This document shows positions 45,753 through 45,926 of a stretch of 45,926 nucleotides of DNA, piece after piece. Under the pieces are notes generated by a model, which saw only the letters and a program-made list of their open reading frames with translations, did not search any database and was not told the DNA's origin. The number at the start of each line of letters is the position of its first letter. The first letter of the stretch is position 1. The DNA comes from a virus. Its lineage: Duplodnaviria; Caudoviricetes. Position numbers and translations under genes: made by a program. Location: positions 1-45,926 of the IMG/VR virus record IMGVR_UViG_3300042347_000757; one strand, given 5' to 3'.

Positions 45753-45926
45753 ATGTCAACTCCTATTAGAATTAAAAACTCTCCAGTTCCTGGAAAAAGA
45801 CCTACAGCATCTCAATTACTATCTGCAGAACTTTCATATAACACATATGATGCGGAGTTGTATGCCAAGAGGGAAAGGAGCGGAATTGGAACCGATATCA
45901 TTCGCATCGGTGCAGGAGCAACAGTT
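45753..45926 (+). CDS. Tail fibre protein N-terminus (3' partial)
   Basis: MSTPIRIKNSPVPGKRPTASQLLSAELSYNTYDAELYAK, the common fibre N-terminal I.IK.S..PGK.P...L...EL..NT.D..LY motif. Confidence 0.7.
   Translation, partial: MSTPIRIKNSPVPGKRPTASQLLSAELSYNTYDAELYAKRERSGIGTDIIRIGAGATV

Overview
AT-rich segment of a large T4-like cyanophage (cyanomyovirus). Positions 1-8.8 kb hold auxiliary metabolic and replication/late-transcription genes: talC (partial), HNH, speD, glutaredoxin, thyX, phoH, exonuclease, gp33, gp59 and gp32. Positions 8.8-24.8 kb are the baseplate/tail module (gp53, gp48, gp2, gp4, gp54-like, gp26, gp51, two tape-measure-like proteins with peptidoglycan hydrolase domains, hub, gp5), with cp12 embedded. 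Positions 25.6 kb to the end encode very large fibre/baseplate proteins, a collar protein, an LRR protein and a PA14 protein. The best signals are missing from the ORF track. (1) A canonical -1 frameshift cassette (T-TTT-TTC, 7-nt spacer, 9-bp hairpin) would fuse gp26 to gp51, like the lambda G/G-T tail chaperones. (2) A tandem glnA-type glutamine riboswitch precedes a DUF4278 peptide and a basic peptide, with an NtcA-like box upstream. (3) A tRNA-Leu(UAA) is interrupted by a 199-nt group I intron. (4) The gene 32 leader carries a perfectly 9-nt-periodic AATAC array. (5) Three adjacent virion genes (LRR, unknown, PA14) share an N-terminal motif. All family calls come from motif recognition by eye; no searches were run.
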